Below, piece by piece: positions 51,999 to 62,792 of a stretch of DNA of 64,000 nt. The stretch is from Planctomycetota bacterium (GTDB lineage Bacteria > Planctomycetota > UBA8108 > SXIK01), in assembly GCA_965223265.1 (NCBI GenBank), contig OZ244999.1, positions 6,016,001 through 6,080,000 of the forward strand, given 5' to 3'. The position numbers were made by a program, and so were the translations under genes. A model generated the notes under the pieces. It saw nothing but the letters and a program-made list of their open reading frames with translations. It searched no databases and was not told the origin of the DNA. Every line of letters begins with the position of its first letter. Within the stretch, counting starts at the first letter, position 1.

Positions 51999-53249
51999 GT
52001 GATCAGCTACGGAAAGCCTCAGCGCCTCGTCCGCCGTGGTCAACGAACTCGCTTCTTTTACGTGCGTCTCTACGACGAAACGACGGGAAGACAGTCCTGG
52101 GCAAGCACTCGCTGCGAGTCGCTCACCGCGGCTCGCGAGTGGGTCAAGACGAAGGCGCTCGCCGCGGCCCGCGGCGAAGATCCCAAGCGACCGCCAGCGG
52201 AGAACCCCGCCTTCTCCGACGCATGCGAACTGTGGCTTGAAGAGAAGGAGGTCACGGTCTCGCAGCAGCACCACGCGCATTTGCGTTACCTGGCGCGAGC
52301 CTTTTGGCTGCCGACGTTCGGTCGGAGATCGCTCAGTTCGCTAGAGTCGACGGACGTCACTAAATACCTTCGGAAACGAAAAGCAGGAATTCTCTCCGCC
52401 TCTGGACGCCCACTCTCCGCAACGTCAGTGAACCAAGACCGCAAGGATCTCAGGGTCTTCTTCAATTGGTGTATGAGGCGCGATTGGATCGCAAGGAGTC
52501 CCGTCGATGGCACGGAGAAGTACAGCGGTGAAATCAGACGCAGGACCCGGTACCTTTCGGTCGCTGAACAAGAACGCCTCCTCGAAGCATGTCGTAGTCC
52601 TTCCGCCATCATTGTTCGCGCGCAACGAAACGCCGGAGGCCGGCGAGGCGGAAAGACTTCCGATCGCAAGTCGACCTTCACTCAGACCGTAGCACCACCT
52701 GATTGGCTCTACCCTCTCGTCCTGACGGCTCTCTACTGTGGCTTTCGGGAAAAGACGCTTCTGTCGCTTCAGTGGTGTGACATCGACGAAACAGAGCGGC
52801 AGTGGCTCATCCCAGGCGGCAAGATGAAGAGTCGACGCTCGTACTCGGCTCCGATCCCAAGGAGGGTCTTCGACGAACTTCTACGCTACAAACAAAGCGC
52901 CGCCGCCGAAGTAGTCGAGCGCGGCCAAAGCCCCGCCGCCCGGCTATCATCTGACGCGACTGTTTTTGGACTCAGCCTCAACTCGTCAGTGCGTCGCCCC
53001 TTCCTGGCTGCGTGTGCACGCGCCGGGCTCAAGTTGACGTTCCACAGTCTACGCGGGTGTTTCCTGAACCGCTGCGCCGAGCTCGAAATCCCAATCGAGA
53101 CCGCGATGCGCTTGAGTGATCACGTCAGTCTCGATGTCGTCCTCAAGCATTACCGCGAAGTGAGACCGAGCGAACTTGCCGAGGCCATCGCACGGTTCGA
53201 CGGTGACACGACGGAGCGGACCGAGCGCAGGAGTCGTAAACTTGAATGA
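51999..53249 (+). CDS. Tyrosine recombinase/integrase
   Basis: Arm-binding-like N-terminus; GFR, HSLR, DH and KHY catalytic positions; abuts att. Confidence 0.9.
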   Translation: MISYGKPQRLVRRGQRTRFFYVRLYDETTGRQSWASTRCESLTAAREWVKTKALAAARGEDPKRPPAENPAFSDACELWLEEKEVTVSQQHHAHLRYLARAFWLPTFGRRSLSSLESTDVTKYLRKRKAGILSASGRPLSATSVNQDRKDLRVFFNWCMRRDWIARSPVDGTEKYSGEIRRRTRYLSVAEQERLLEACRSPSAIIVRAQRNAGGRRGGKTSDRKSTFTQTVAPPDWLYPLVLTALYCGFREKTLLSLQWCDIDETERQWLIPGGKMKSRRSYSAPIPRRVFDELLRYKQSAAAEVVERGQSPAARLSSDATVFGLSLNSSVRRPFLAACARAGLKLTFHSLRGCFLNRCAELEIPIETAMRLSDHVSLDVVLKHYREVRPSELAEAIARFDGDTTERTERRSRKLE

Positions 53250-53282
53250 CAAGCACTAGACTCATGACCGCCGCCTCGGTGG

Positions 53283-54666
53283 GAGAAACTGTCGAATGTT
53301 GTGGCCTGAGAATCAGGCGGCGTCCTTCTCTTGCATGATTCCATCGACAAAGTTGTAGCCCTCGAGAATCTTCGAGAGCAGAGGCGGGGAGTTCAATCGT
53401 CGCCAGCTTTTCTCCGCGGCACGTGCGAGCTTGAAGACCATCGCGAGACACGCTGCACGTGTTCCACTTCCCTTCGTACGTCGGTGACGGAGACGCACGG
53501 TGGCGAACATGGATTCGATCGGGTTTGTCGTCCGTAGGTGGATCCAATGCTCCGCGGGGAAGTCGTAGAAGGCCAGGAGCACGTCGCGGTCTTTCTCCAG
53601 GCAGTCGACAGCGCCTGGGAACTTCGCCTTGTACTTTTCGATGAAGAGGTCGAAGGCTTTTCCTGCGTCGTCTCGCGTCTCGGCCATCCAAATGTCGTGG
53701 ATGTTCCCCTTGGCTTTGGCCTGTGCCGATCGTGGGAGCTTGTTCAGCACGTTGGCCGTTTTGTGCACCCAACATCGTTGCTCTCGCGTCGTTGGAAAAG
53801 ACCTTCCTAAGGGCTGCCCAAAACCCAAGCGCTCCGTCTCCGACGGCGACCTTCGGCGCTCCCTGCAGCCCTCTGGCCTTCAGGTCCAACAGGAGCTCCC
53901 TCCAGTTCTGCTCACTTTCTCGGTAACCGTCGAGAATCCCGATCAGTTCTTTGCGGCCATCGCTCGTAGCTCCCATGAGAACAAGGATGCATTGCCTCTC
54001 CTCGTCCAGGCGGACGTTGAAGTACACGCCGTCAGCCCAGAAGTAGACATACGTCTTTTCAGAAAGATCACGACGACTCCACGTCTCGTATTCCGTCTTC
54101 CAAGTCTCGGTGAGGCGCGTCACGACGTTCGCTGAGAGATTCTTTGCTTCAGGGCCGACGAGCGCCTCGAGTGCTCGTGAGAAATCTCCACTGGAGATTC
54201 CACGCAGATAGAGCCACGGGATCAACTCGTCGAGATTCTTGCAGCGACGAAGATATGGAGGGAGGATCGACGAGCTGAACCGGATCTTCTCGTCGGCCGC
54301 GAGCTCTCGACGATCTCTGGCACGTGGCTGCTCCAGCGACAGAGTCCCAGCGCCGGTGAGGAGCTCTCGCTCGGGAAGGTGGCCGTTCCTGACGATCTGT
54401 CGCCGGCCTTCTTCATCGACGATTCCCGAATGCTGCTCCAGGAAGGCTTCGATCTCCGTCTCGAGGGCCGCTTGCAGCATCTTCTGCGCTCCGTCCCGAA
54501 CGATTTCGTCCAGCCCTACGCGAGGCTCGCTATCGGTCTGCCGACTTGGTACGTTCTTCTTCAAGGCGTATCCTTTCCGCCCTTTCGGGCGTGTTTCTTG
54601 TTTGGTCACAAGAAAGGATACGCCCCTTTCGTTTACTCGTCAGGCCACAACTTTCGAGAATATCCC
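53283..54666 (-). mobile_element. IS256-family insertion sequence
   Basis: 27-bp imperfect IRs (GAGAAACTGTCGAATGTTGTGGCCTGA / GGGATATTCTCGAAAGTTGTGGCCTGA); 9-bp target duplication CCTCGGTGG at 53274-53282 and 54667-54675. Confidence 0.92.
53313..54609 (-). pseudogene. IS256 transposase, frameshifted
   Basis: WADGVY, VGDGALGFW, QRCWVHK, LRTTNPIES; one extra base in the run at 53796-53799 splits KVF/PTTREQ. Confidence 0.88.
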
Positions 54667-55491
54667 CCTCGGTGGTCGCACCTGCCTGAGGGCATGGTCG
54701 CATCATGGCAGCGTCGTCAGCCGTTCGACCGGTTGGGAAGCACAGGTAGGAGCGCCAGATCTATCTGGGACCGCGCGCCCAGGATCTGACCCGCAGCTTC
54801 CTCGCCGACCTACCGCTCGCGGCGCGGCTCTTTTGCTGCTTTCACCCCGGGAGGCCGGGGCAAAGAGGGTCCATAGCGAGACACGTGAAGCGAAAGCTTT
54901 CTTGGCTCGCCGCGTCCCCTCACGGCTGGCCGCTGCCCTGCGCGCCATTCGCACATTCCTCCGATGGATTTCGCCGAGAAAGAATACCCATCGTCTCTGT
55001 AATCAGCCAGGATCGAACGATCAAACATCACCCCAGGCGGCATGGCCGGCGGGGTATAATTGGCAAATCTGGACGCGGGGTAGCGAGAGTCCGGAGTGCG
55101 TAGTGAGTGGGCGGAGCCTCCTTGATCGCCGAATAGTGTCCTCTTTCGATCACCGTTGACGGGTGTTCACAGTCTGCCGGTCCGCACCTATCCTTTCTCC
55201 TCGTTGCCCCGACCATTCTTCTTTTTCAAGGCACTGGAGAATCGCTCAGCAACAGTCGAGCTGACTTCAGAAGTCGCCACAAGACACTATAGAGCCTGGT
55301 GCCGAAACACTTGATTCCCGTTCCGTTCTGATAACAATGAGGGTGGATAACTTTTTAGTTCCTGTTGCGGAAAGCGATGGACGACGGACTCCTGTTGAGG
55401 ATTCGGGCGTCATCTGAACGCATCGAGTAATGCTTGCAAAAAAGAAGCGCATTCATATTCTCCAAGGTTGCAACCCGAAAGGAGGAAGAGA

Positions 55492-56856
55492 ATGCGCTTG
55501 AAATCTGATCCGCAGCAGTATTTCCACTGGTCGACAGCATCGACGTCGAAGATCGTACGGGAGTACGAAGAGAAGTACAACAAGATCAGCGAGATTCTCG
55601 ATCGGAACCCGGAGATCCTCACCCTCGCCGCTCGAGATCTCGGAAAGCTCTCGACGGGGAGGCGGAAGGGGCGGAAGGCGACGTTTACCGCGGAGAATCT
55701 CCTGCGGGCGCTCGTCGTCCATCAGATCGAAGGCACCGCGTTTCGGGGAACGGTGATCCGACTGGCTCACAACTCTTTCTTGCAAGACTTTTTGCGACTC
55801 GGCACACGACCGGTGATGGATCATTCGCTTCTCTGTCGGGCTTTTGGCGCTATCGGCCCGGCGACGTGGGGAAAGATCAACGACGCCCTTCGTGAATATG
55901 CGCTCGGCGAGGAGCGGATTTCTCCCGAGACGCTCCGGGTTGACACAACCGTCGTCGAATCGAACATCCATTGGCCGACGGACTCGTCGCTTCTTTGGGA
56001 CGGCTGGAGAACGCTCTATCGCCTGCTCAGGAAAGTCTCAACGCACGAGCCGGGGCTGGTCGACAGCCGTTTCCACCAGCGCAAGGTGAAGAAGCTCCAT
56101 CTCTTCGTGACGCGCTATTCGACGAGTTCGAGCAAGAAGCGTCAGAGACAGGTGAGGCGATCGCAGAAGAAACTCCTTTCGCACCTAGAACGAATCCTGC
56201 GGTTTTCTCGGGTTTTCAGTCAAGAGGCGAGAGAGCTCGCCGACGTATGGATCTGCGCGATCGGGCTCGAGATCGAGTCGTATCTCCCAAAGATCGAAAA
56301 GGCACTACGAGTTGCGAAGCGAGCGTGGATCGACAGGGAGGTCGTACCGGCGAAGGAGAGAATATTCAGCATCTTCGAGCATCACACAGAGCTGATCAAG
56401 CGGGGCCGACGTCACAAGCCAGTGGAGTTCGGCCACATGGTCCTTCTCGGCCAGACGAACGAGAAGTTCATCACGCAGTACGACGTGATGCGAAAGAAGA
56501 TTCCGGACTCGAAGCTTCCTGAGGACATTCTCAAGCGCCATGAGAAGGTTTTCGGTGAGCCCCCCAAGACGCTTGTGGCCGACAAGGGATTTTGTGGCGA
56601 TCGTGAGGCGATGAACAAGCTGCGCGAAAAGGTGAAGGTGCTCGCAATTCCCCAGCGCCTCAAAGATTTCGCCGACGAGGCGTTCGTCGCGCTGCAGCAT
56701 TTTCGAGCTGGCATCGAAGGCTCGATCTCGGTCTTAAAACGCGCGTTTGGGCTCCTTCGGTCGCAGTATCGAGGATTTAGGAATTTCGAAAGCCACGTGG
56801 CGCTCGGCGTCTTTTGCCACAACCTTGTACTTCTAACAGGTCCGCCTGGAAAGTGA
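55492..56856 (+). CDS. DDE transposase (IS5/ISNCY-like)
   Basis: RVDTTVVESNIHWPTDS, KPVEFG, VADKGF, RAGIEGSISVLKR.FGL; GGAGG RBS. Element ends not resolved. Confidence 0.88.
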   Translation: MRLKSDPQQYFHWSTASTSKIVREYEEKYNKISEILDRNPEILTLAARDLGKLSTGRRKGRKATFTAENLLRALVVHQIEGTAFRGTVIRLAHNSFLQDFLRLGTRPVMDHSLLCRAFGAIGPATWGKINDALREYALGEERISPETLRVDTTVVESNIHWPTDSSLLWDGWRTLYRLLRKVSTHEPGLVDSRFHQRKVKKLHLFVTRYSTSSSKKRQRQVRRSQKKLLSHLERILRFSRVFSQEARELADVWICAIGLEIESYLPKIEKALRVAKRAWIDREVVPAKERIFSIFEHHTELIKRGRRHKPVEFGHMVLLGQTNEKFITQYDVMRKKIPDSKLPEDILKRHEKVFGEPPKTLVADKGFCGDREAMNKLREKVKVLAIPQRLKDFADEAFVALQHFRAGIEGSISVLKRAFGLLRSQYRGFRNFESHVALGVFCHNLVLLTGPPGK

Positions 56857-57852
56857 GCTCACCGAGATAGATTCGACTGCCAAGAAAACAACGAAGGAAA
56901 GGGATGGTCGCTCCAGATTTCCTCGACTCGACTATACTTCACGCGATCGGCTTGACGATCGCGTCACTCGAGGTCCTGGCGGCAGTGCACGAGGATCGAG
57001 CAGACCGGTCGAAGGTGGCTGATGCGTGCGAGTTTCAACAGGAACTAATGAGTCTCGGGCTAGGTCGTCAAGTGTTTTTGGATCGTAAGGGACAACAGTG
57101 GGGCCTAAACGAGAACGAGAGTGTGAATGAGCAAAGAGGAAAAAGCGAGAGCGTCTATCTCGCGCGCGCGTTCGACGGTCAGTGGAGAGCGAGCCACAGT
57201 TTCTGGAGTGTGTTTCGTCATTCGAGCCGCATCGGTGAGATTAGTCAGTCGTGCGTACATGTCGTGTGAGTAGCGTTCTTTCCACAGTCCAGAAACCATG
57301 ATCGTCGCGAGGCACCTCTCGCAGACTTTTGGGAGCAAACGCAGGTGCCGGTCTACCTCATCGAGAATCCTCGCTGTGTGTTCATTCGAATTCCAAAGAC
57401 GGGAAGCACTTCAATCATCCGCGGCCCCTTCGACAACGCCGTCAAGGGGAAAGCGTTTGGTAAGATCCCGCAGGAATGGCGAAAAGAGAAGTCCTTCGCC
57501 TTTGTTCGAAATCCTTTCGATCGACTGGTTTCTGCTTGGTTCATGTTCAAATCGTTTCCGGCGCGTACAGAACACGAGCAAAATTTGCAAAAACATTTGA
57601 CGATCGCAAAACTTATCGAAATAGTCACAGACGACAGGATTAGTCTGATAGGTGATGACTTTCTGGCGAAACTCCGTCGTCACTCGATTCCACTAACGCA
57701 CCCGTTTAATTGTCTCTCGCGTGCTTCGTTGATCGGACGATTTGAAAATTTCGAGGAAGACCTTCGATGGATCGGGAATCAGCTGGGGGTTGTGGATCTT
57801 CGAGCCCCACATCTCCGGAGAATCCCAAGAGGGCACTACAGTAAGTACTTTA

Positions 57853-59263
57853 GGCTCTCCTAAAGTCTGAGTGGGCGACCTGACGGGGCCATTGAGCGTC
57901 AAGAGCTGACGCTTTGCGGCCGCTGGGCCGCCCACCCCTGCCCCTTGGAGGTGGAAACGCGCACGAAGTTCCTGCTTTTCTGTGGTTTTCCACGACTACA
58001 GGAGGCAAGAACCCGTGCGCGTTACCACCGTATTCCGAAAGCTTCTCGGTGTCACCAAGCTGCTCGTCAAGAACGTCGACTTTGCATTCGATGGCCTCGT
58101 GGTTCATGTTCGCCCCCGCTGGCGCTTGCCACGCTGCAGCCACTGCAGCAAACAGGCGCCCGGCTATGACAGGAAGCCAGCGCGCAAGTGGCGGCACCTC
58201 GCACTCGGGCGCTACTCAATCTGGCTCTCCTACGCGCCACAGCGCGTTGATTGCCCTCGCTGTGGCGTGCGTGTCGAGCAAGTGCCGTGGGCGACGCCCC
58301 AAAGCCGCTTCACCCGCGACTTCGAGGAGATGGTCGCCTACCTGGCGCAAGGCACCGACAAGACGAAGGTCGCCAAGCTGATGGGAATCTCGTGGGTTAC
58401 GGTAGGGTCAATCGTCGAGCGTATCGTGGACGCGCGACTCGATCCCGAGCGTCTCGAGGATCTGCGTCGCATCGGAGTCGACGAGTTCAGCTACCGAAAG
58501 AGGCATCGGTACCTGACGATAGTTGTCGACCACGATCGTGGACGGGTGATCTGGGCTGGTGAGGGCCGAAGCGCTGAGGTCCTCGAAGGTTTCTTCGGAG
58601 GGGTGCTGGGCATCGACCGTTGCTTCAACATCAAAGAGGTGACGATCGACATGGCGGGCGGCTACATCAAGGCCATCGAGAACTGGCTTCACCAAGCGGA
58701 CATCGTCTTCGATCGCTTCCATGTCCAACGGCTCGCCTCAGACGCTGTCGACGAAGTACGGCGTTCCATGGTCCGCGAAATCGAGGATCCTGAGGAGGCG
58801 AAGGCGATCAAGCGAAGTCGCTTCGCTCTTCTGAAAAATCCTTGGGATCTCACGACGTCGCAGCAGATGAAACTGAGCGAGGTGCAGAGCAGAAACAAAC
58901 GCCTCTACCGCGCCTATCTTCTCAAGGAGACGCTCGCGGACGCGCTCAACTACTTGCAACCGAAGAGGGCAGAGCGTGCCTTGAGAGACTGGCTGGCGTG
59001 GGCCTCACGTTCGAAGCTGAAACCCTTCGTCAAGGTTTCACGGACGATACGCCAGCACTTTGACGGCGTCGTCGCGTACGTCAGGACGCGCCTGACCAAC
59101 GGCCTCGTCGAGGGACTCAACAACAAGCTGCGCATGATCGCCCGGCGCGCCTTCGGTTTTCACAGCGCCTCCGCCTTGATCGCGATGCTCTTTCTCAACA
59201 GCGGCGGTATCCAACTTGACCCTCCGTTACCCGGAGTCGACCCACTCGAACTTTAGGAGACTG
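57853..59263 (+). mobile_element. ISL3-family insertion sequence
   Basis: 23-bp imperfect IRs (GGCTCTCCTAAAGTCTGAGTGGG / CAGTCTCCTAAAGTTCGAGTGGG); 8-bp duplication GTACTTTA at 57845-57852 and 59264-59271. Confidence 0.93.
57982..59256 (+). CDS. ISL3 transposase
   Basis: CSHC/CPRC zinc finger, IGVDE, IDM, DRFHV, TNGLVEGLNNK..RRAFGF; true start may be the GTG near 58015. Confidence 0.93.
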   Translation: MVFHDYRRQEPVRVTTVFRKLLGVTKLLVKNVDFAFDGLVVHVRPRWRLPRCSHCSKQAPGYDRKPARKWRHLALGRYSIWLSYAPQRVDCPRCGVRVEQVPWATPQSRFTRDFEEMVAYLAQGTDKTKVAKLMGISWVTVGSIVERIVDARLDPERLEDLRRIGVDEFSYRKRHRYLTIVVDHDRGRVIWAGEGRSAEVLEGFFGGVLGIDRCFNIKEVTIDMAGGYIKAIENWLHQADIVFDRFHVQRLASDAVDEVRRSMVREIEDPEEAKAIKRSRFALLKNPWDLTTSQQMKLSEVQSRNKRLYRAYLLKETLADALNYLQPKRAERALRDWLAWASRSKLKPFVKVSRTIRQHFDGVVAYVRTRLTNGLVEGLNNKLRMIARRAFGFHSASALIAMLFLNSGGIQLDPPLPGVDPLEL

Positions 59264-59410
59264 GTACTTTAGCACTCCTTGCCGCCGGCAAGTGGAGGTC
59301 GTCTTTCGCGAGGATCTCGATAGGTTTGCCTACAGGTTCGAGCACGAGGGATAGTCTCAGTGTCGTACAATAGACCCAAAGTGGTTTTGAATATCAGTTG
59401 CGTTCCGTTC

Positions 59411-59442
59411 TCCTCAACTTACTTGTTTCCTCAACTTACTTG
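59411..59442. repeat. Tandem 15-bp direct repeat
   Basis: TCCTCAACTTACTTG at 59411 and 59428, between convergent genes. Confidence 0.7.
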
Positions 59443-59510
59443 GGCGCGATCGGGTCCTGGATGGTCGCAAGCAGGTTGAAAAAATGTACGCACCGCCTGG
59501 TCGACAACTT

Positions 59511-60344
59511 TCAGACGTTGAGTCCCGCCCAACGCGGGGCCGGTTGCATCTCCATCCAATCGAAGAGTCGTTCGTAAACACTCCTGTTGCGTAGCGCCCA
59601 CTTTTCGATCACCAGAACCTCGTCGCTGTTACAGGCGATTGGTATCTCGGTCCCCGCCCATCGGAGTAGGCCTGAGATTTTGTGTGTATTGTGGACGTAC
59701 GGGACAAACGGAGTTCGCGCTTTACAGGCTGCGTAGACACCATGATGACGTCCTGTGATGTACATTCGAGCTGTCCTGAGACTGTTGACAATACGCGACC
59801 AGCTTTGGTTCAGCGAACACCTCGGAAGATCTCTAAACACTTTCGAGTCAAGATCTCGAGTAATGAAGAAATCCCCGAAGGCTGTTTCTCCATTGAAATC
59901 AGTATAGTCGGAGAATTGGTTGATATCTGCGAAAAACGAAAGATCCAAAAAAGCAGATGCAGAGACTCGGTGGATTTCCTTCAGTTCTTTTTGGCTAATA
60001 ATTTCCCGTACGGATACAAGGTCGGTCGAAAGAAGGGTTTCGTCATAATCCCGCGTCATGGCCTGCCAGGTCGTATTGACGAGAAACGTCTTTTTTATTG
60101 ATTTCTGTGCGAGGCTCAAAACGTCTAGCAAGAATAGAGAATACGGACGGGAGTGATGAATGGATCCTTCACCATTGATCACAACTGCGTCACATTCTTG
60201 AAAGAATTGTTGATCAAAGGTATACGAGTTGACGGTGTGGGTCGACAGGATGTCGTGCTCTTCAAGGAGCTCCCGAAGGGTTTGCGTTACCGCAGCGCAG
60301 CCCCCATGGATTCTTGAGTTGTCATTAAAGAGGTGCAGTCTCAC
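59511..60344 (-). CDS. Polysaccharide pyruvyl transferase family protein
   Basis: HGGC, INGEGSIHH, VSVRE..S, DLSF, ITGRHHG, NTHKI.GL. Confidence 0.8.
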   Translation of the reverse strand: MRLHLFNDNSRIHGGCAAVTQTLRELLEEHDILSTHTVNSYTFDQQFFQECDAVVINGEGSIHHSRPYSLFLLDVLSLAQKSIKKTFLVNTTWQAMTRDYDETLLSTDLVSVREIISQKELKEIHRVSASAFLDLSFFADINQFSDYTDFNGETAFGDFFITRDLDSKVFRDLPRCSLNQSWSRIVNSLRTARMYITGRHHGVYAACKARTPFVPYVHNTHKISGLLRWAGTEIPIACNSDEVLVIEKWALRNRSVYERLFDWMEMQPAPRWAGLNV

Positions 60345-60537
60345 AGGGGTCTCGAGTAGCCAAAGGGGGCGGTGTGTTGACGATAACTGGCCAGGCGCAA
60401 CTCTTTCGACTAAGAAATCAATCTACAATTGATGTTTCTGGAGGATCTCAATCGAACGTGAGCAAGGGGCTACACTCAGGAGAATGTCAGGAGTTGCAAA
60501 GAACTTGGACATGGGTTCTGCATGATGGGGTAGAAAT

Positions 60538-61938
60538 CTACATGTCTGGTTTTTCACAATAGAAGATATATTCGGAGTGTATTCCTTCTCGAAAAACTAT
60601 ATCCTCTATAACAATGTGGAATTTCGCCTTATGTAACAAGTTGTCCCAGTTCTTCATGGGCATGACGAATAGATGGGATTCTCCGTAAATGAGAGTTGTT
60701 TCGTGTGTCGGAACAATCAAGCAGAATTTTCCGCATGGTTTCAATATTCTGAACGCTTCGCATATTCCCATCCAAGGACTGATTAGGTGTTCAAACGTTT
60801 GACGGCTCCACACAAGATCGTAAACACAGTCGTTTACAGGTATGTTGCATGCGTCGGCGTTGATCGTTGAGAGGATCCGGTTGTTTGCACGAATTTTTTT
60901 CAAGTCTCTCGCGTCCACTGACATTCCGGTTACGTTCTCCCAGCCGTCCGCCGCGAGTTGGCTGCAGAACCACATTCCCCCGCAGCCAATATCCAATATT
61001 TTTGAATGTTTTGGGATTTCTTGAGATATTCGGCTCCAATCCTCCATTGCTATTTCTCGTTGCCGAATCTCAGTTGCGGAGAATAAATTCATATGAGACT
61101 CGCATTCCCTCCGCCTCGACTGTTCCCACTTGTTTTGTACGGTGTGGAGGTTGTGACTATCGTTGGATGTTTCCGGTTGGTGCGAGAGGGAAACAGTGTG
61201 GAGCTGGGTGTTGGGAGTTTGTGTGCGTTTCTGACAGGCCCAATAGGAGGGGTGGTTTGCGATGTCCTGGAGCTGTACAAATTCGAGTTTCATTGTGGTT
61301 CCGAGATCCTTTAGATAGCGGCGGACTTGTAGAAAGTTAGATTCTGTCCAATTGTTAGAATGCCCAGGACCCGCTATGTGTGAGTGCAGAATCAAAGGGT
61401 TTTGCCCCGCATAGTCTAATTCTTCAATCGAGTAATGATACTGTAGGCGAGGTGTGGTTGAGTGTGTAATCGTTTGCTGTAGAACTGGATGATCTGCAAT
61501 GTATTGAAAATACCGTGACGCAATTGGGTATAGATCGGCTCGTGTTCCCCAACCTGGCCATCTGAAGCCCGCTGCGCGATGCCCAAAATGGTCCCATGCA
61601 TTGATTACTAGTCGCATGCGCTCATCAGCTTCGGAGGTGGAAAGATTAGAAAATTCTCGGGGGTCTGACGGGGCATTGTCGCATCGATGGTAGTGTCCAT
61701 GCGCGGCGACTTCGAAATGAGGATTCTCCAGGAGCCTTCTTGTCCACTCTTCATTCTGAAGGATATCGTACGATCCGTGCCAGTTGGTCGGGACGAACAA
61801 CGTGAACTGGCATCCTAGTTCTTCGGCGAGTTGGTACAAGTAGCTCATCGAGCCATCCTGTAGCATGCCAGATCCGCTTTCGGGGCGAATGTCGTCCACG
61901 CAGATTGCTATTCGGATTACTGGGCTCTCGATGTTCAT
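60538..61938 (-). CDS. Fusion: polysaccharide-deacetylase-like domain plus class I SAM methyltransferase
   Basis: VDD, TLFVP, EVAAHGHYH, GFRWPGW, LHSH; then ILDIGCGG, FEHL..P, RILKPCG. Confidence 0.8.
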   Translation of the reverse strand: MNIESPVIRIAICVDDIRPESGSGMLQDGSMSYLYQLAEELGCQFTLFVPTNWHGSYDILQNEEWTRRLLENPHFEVAAHGHYHRCDNAPSDPREFSNLSTSEADERMRLVINAWDHFGHRAAGFRWPGWGTRADLYPIASRYFQYIADHPVLQQTITHSTTPRLQYHYSIEELDYAGQNPLILHSHIAGPGHSNNWTESNFLQVRRYLKDLGTTMKLEFVQLQDIANHPSYWACQKRTQTPNTQLHTVSLSHQPETSNDSHNLHTVQNKWEQSRRRECESHMNLFSATEIRQREIAMEDWSRISQEIPKHSKILDIGCGGMWFCSQLAADGWENVTGMSVDARDLKKIRANNRILSTINADACNIPVNDCVYDLVWSRQTFEHLISPWMGICEAFRILKPCGKFCLIVPTHETTLIYGESHLFVMPMKNWDNLLHKAKFHIVIEDIVFREGIHSEYIFYCEKPDM

Positions 61939-62019
61939 GCAAAGGTCACTCTCACGACCTTCCGGGAGGGTGTCATTGAGTCAGGTGACAGCGGATGATT
62001 CCGCCATGGTTCAACGTCG

Positions 62020-62682
62020 TTAGTCGATGAAGTTTCTGAACTGTGAGAAGGGTGAGCACTCCGGACTCCTTTCAAAGAAGAAGACAGAAGCAATGTTTTC
62101 TCGCACGCAGTGCATCTGAGAATGTTCGTGAAGGTATTCAAGCGTTTTTGGAGTGCTTGAGATGTCGTCGATAATGATCATTGAATGGTCGCTTAGAATC
62201 GGTTCCACCGACTTCAGCAGAGGGAGGGTATATCCATCAAAGTGCACAGAATCTTCGAGAAACATATCGACGGTATCGAACACGAGGTGATTCTGTAGGT
62301 AATCGACGTCTGAAGATAGCTGCTCTACCGTTTCACGGCAGTCTCTCTGGATCCATTGAAAATAGGCCCCAGCATCGGATCGCTCGAAGTCTTGCATTAG
62401 AGATGACTTGTAAGTGTGGTCCCCGCTTTGTACCATAAACGTCTTACCGTCCTCATCGGCTATTTCCAGTGGAGGCGTTGCAAGGTCGATGGTTGTTAGG
62501 TATGCTGTGCTCTTGCGGCAATATTCGAGAAACATTTTTGTAGAGAGCCCGCCTCCACATTCGAGAATCTGTCGAGGTCGAAGAATGTTTGTCGCTTCTT
62601 GCAGAAAACGTCGGTCTTGAAAGATCCCAGTGTTCGGAACTTTTATGTGTTTAAGGTCTTTGGGGCTGCGGGACGACTTCAT
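62020..62682 (-). CDS. Class I SAM methyltransferase (Methyltransf_24-like)
   Basis: ILECGGGLST, TTID, FLEDSVH, IIIDD. Confidence 0.7.
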   Translation of the reverse strand: MKSSRSPKDLKHIKVPNTGIFQDRRFLQEATNILRPRQILECGGGLSTKMFLEYCRKSTAYLTTIDLATPPLEIADEDGKTFMVQSGDHTYKSSLMQDFERSDAGAYFQWIQRDCRETVEQLSSDVDYLQNHLVFDTVDMFLEDSVHFDGYTLPLLKSVEPILSDHSMIIIDDISSTPKTLEYLHEHSQMHCVRENIASVFFFERSPECSPFSQFRNFID

Positions 62683-62792
62683 GATTTAAACCCTCGAGCG
62701 GGCTTTTGCCGTTCGCGATTGTGGTTCACGGGTGTCATGGGTGAATGGCCGTTAGTGTTGAACGTGGACGCATGACCTTTAGGGGAAGAGGC

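Larger units (their letters stand above)
57345..59354 (+). pseudogene. Sulfotransferase family 2 gene interrupted by ISL3
   Basis: FIRIPKTGSTS, FVRNPFDRLVS, IGRFE; removing the IS and one target copy restores HYSKYF-STPCRRQVEVVFREDLDRFAYRFEHEG*. Confidence 0.88.

Noticed and set aside
55290-57343. Terminal repeats of the IS5/ISNCY-like element and ORF 56904-57269
   Set aside because: Best candidate IR is only weakly similar, with no target duplication; the ORF has no motif.
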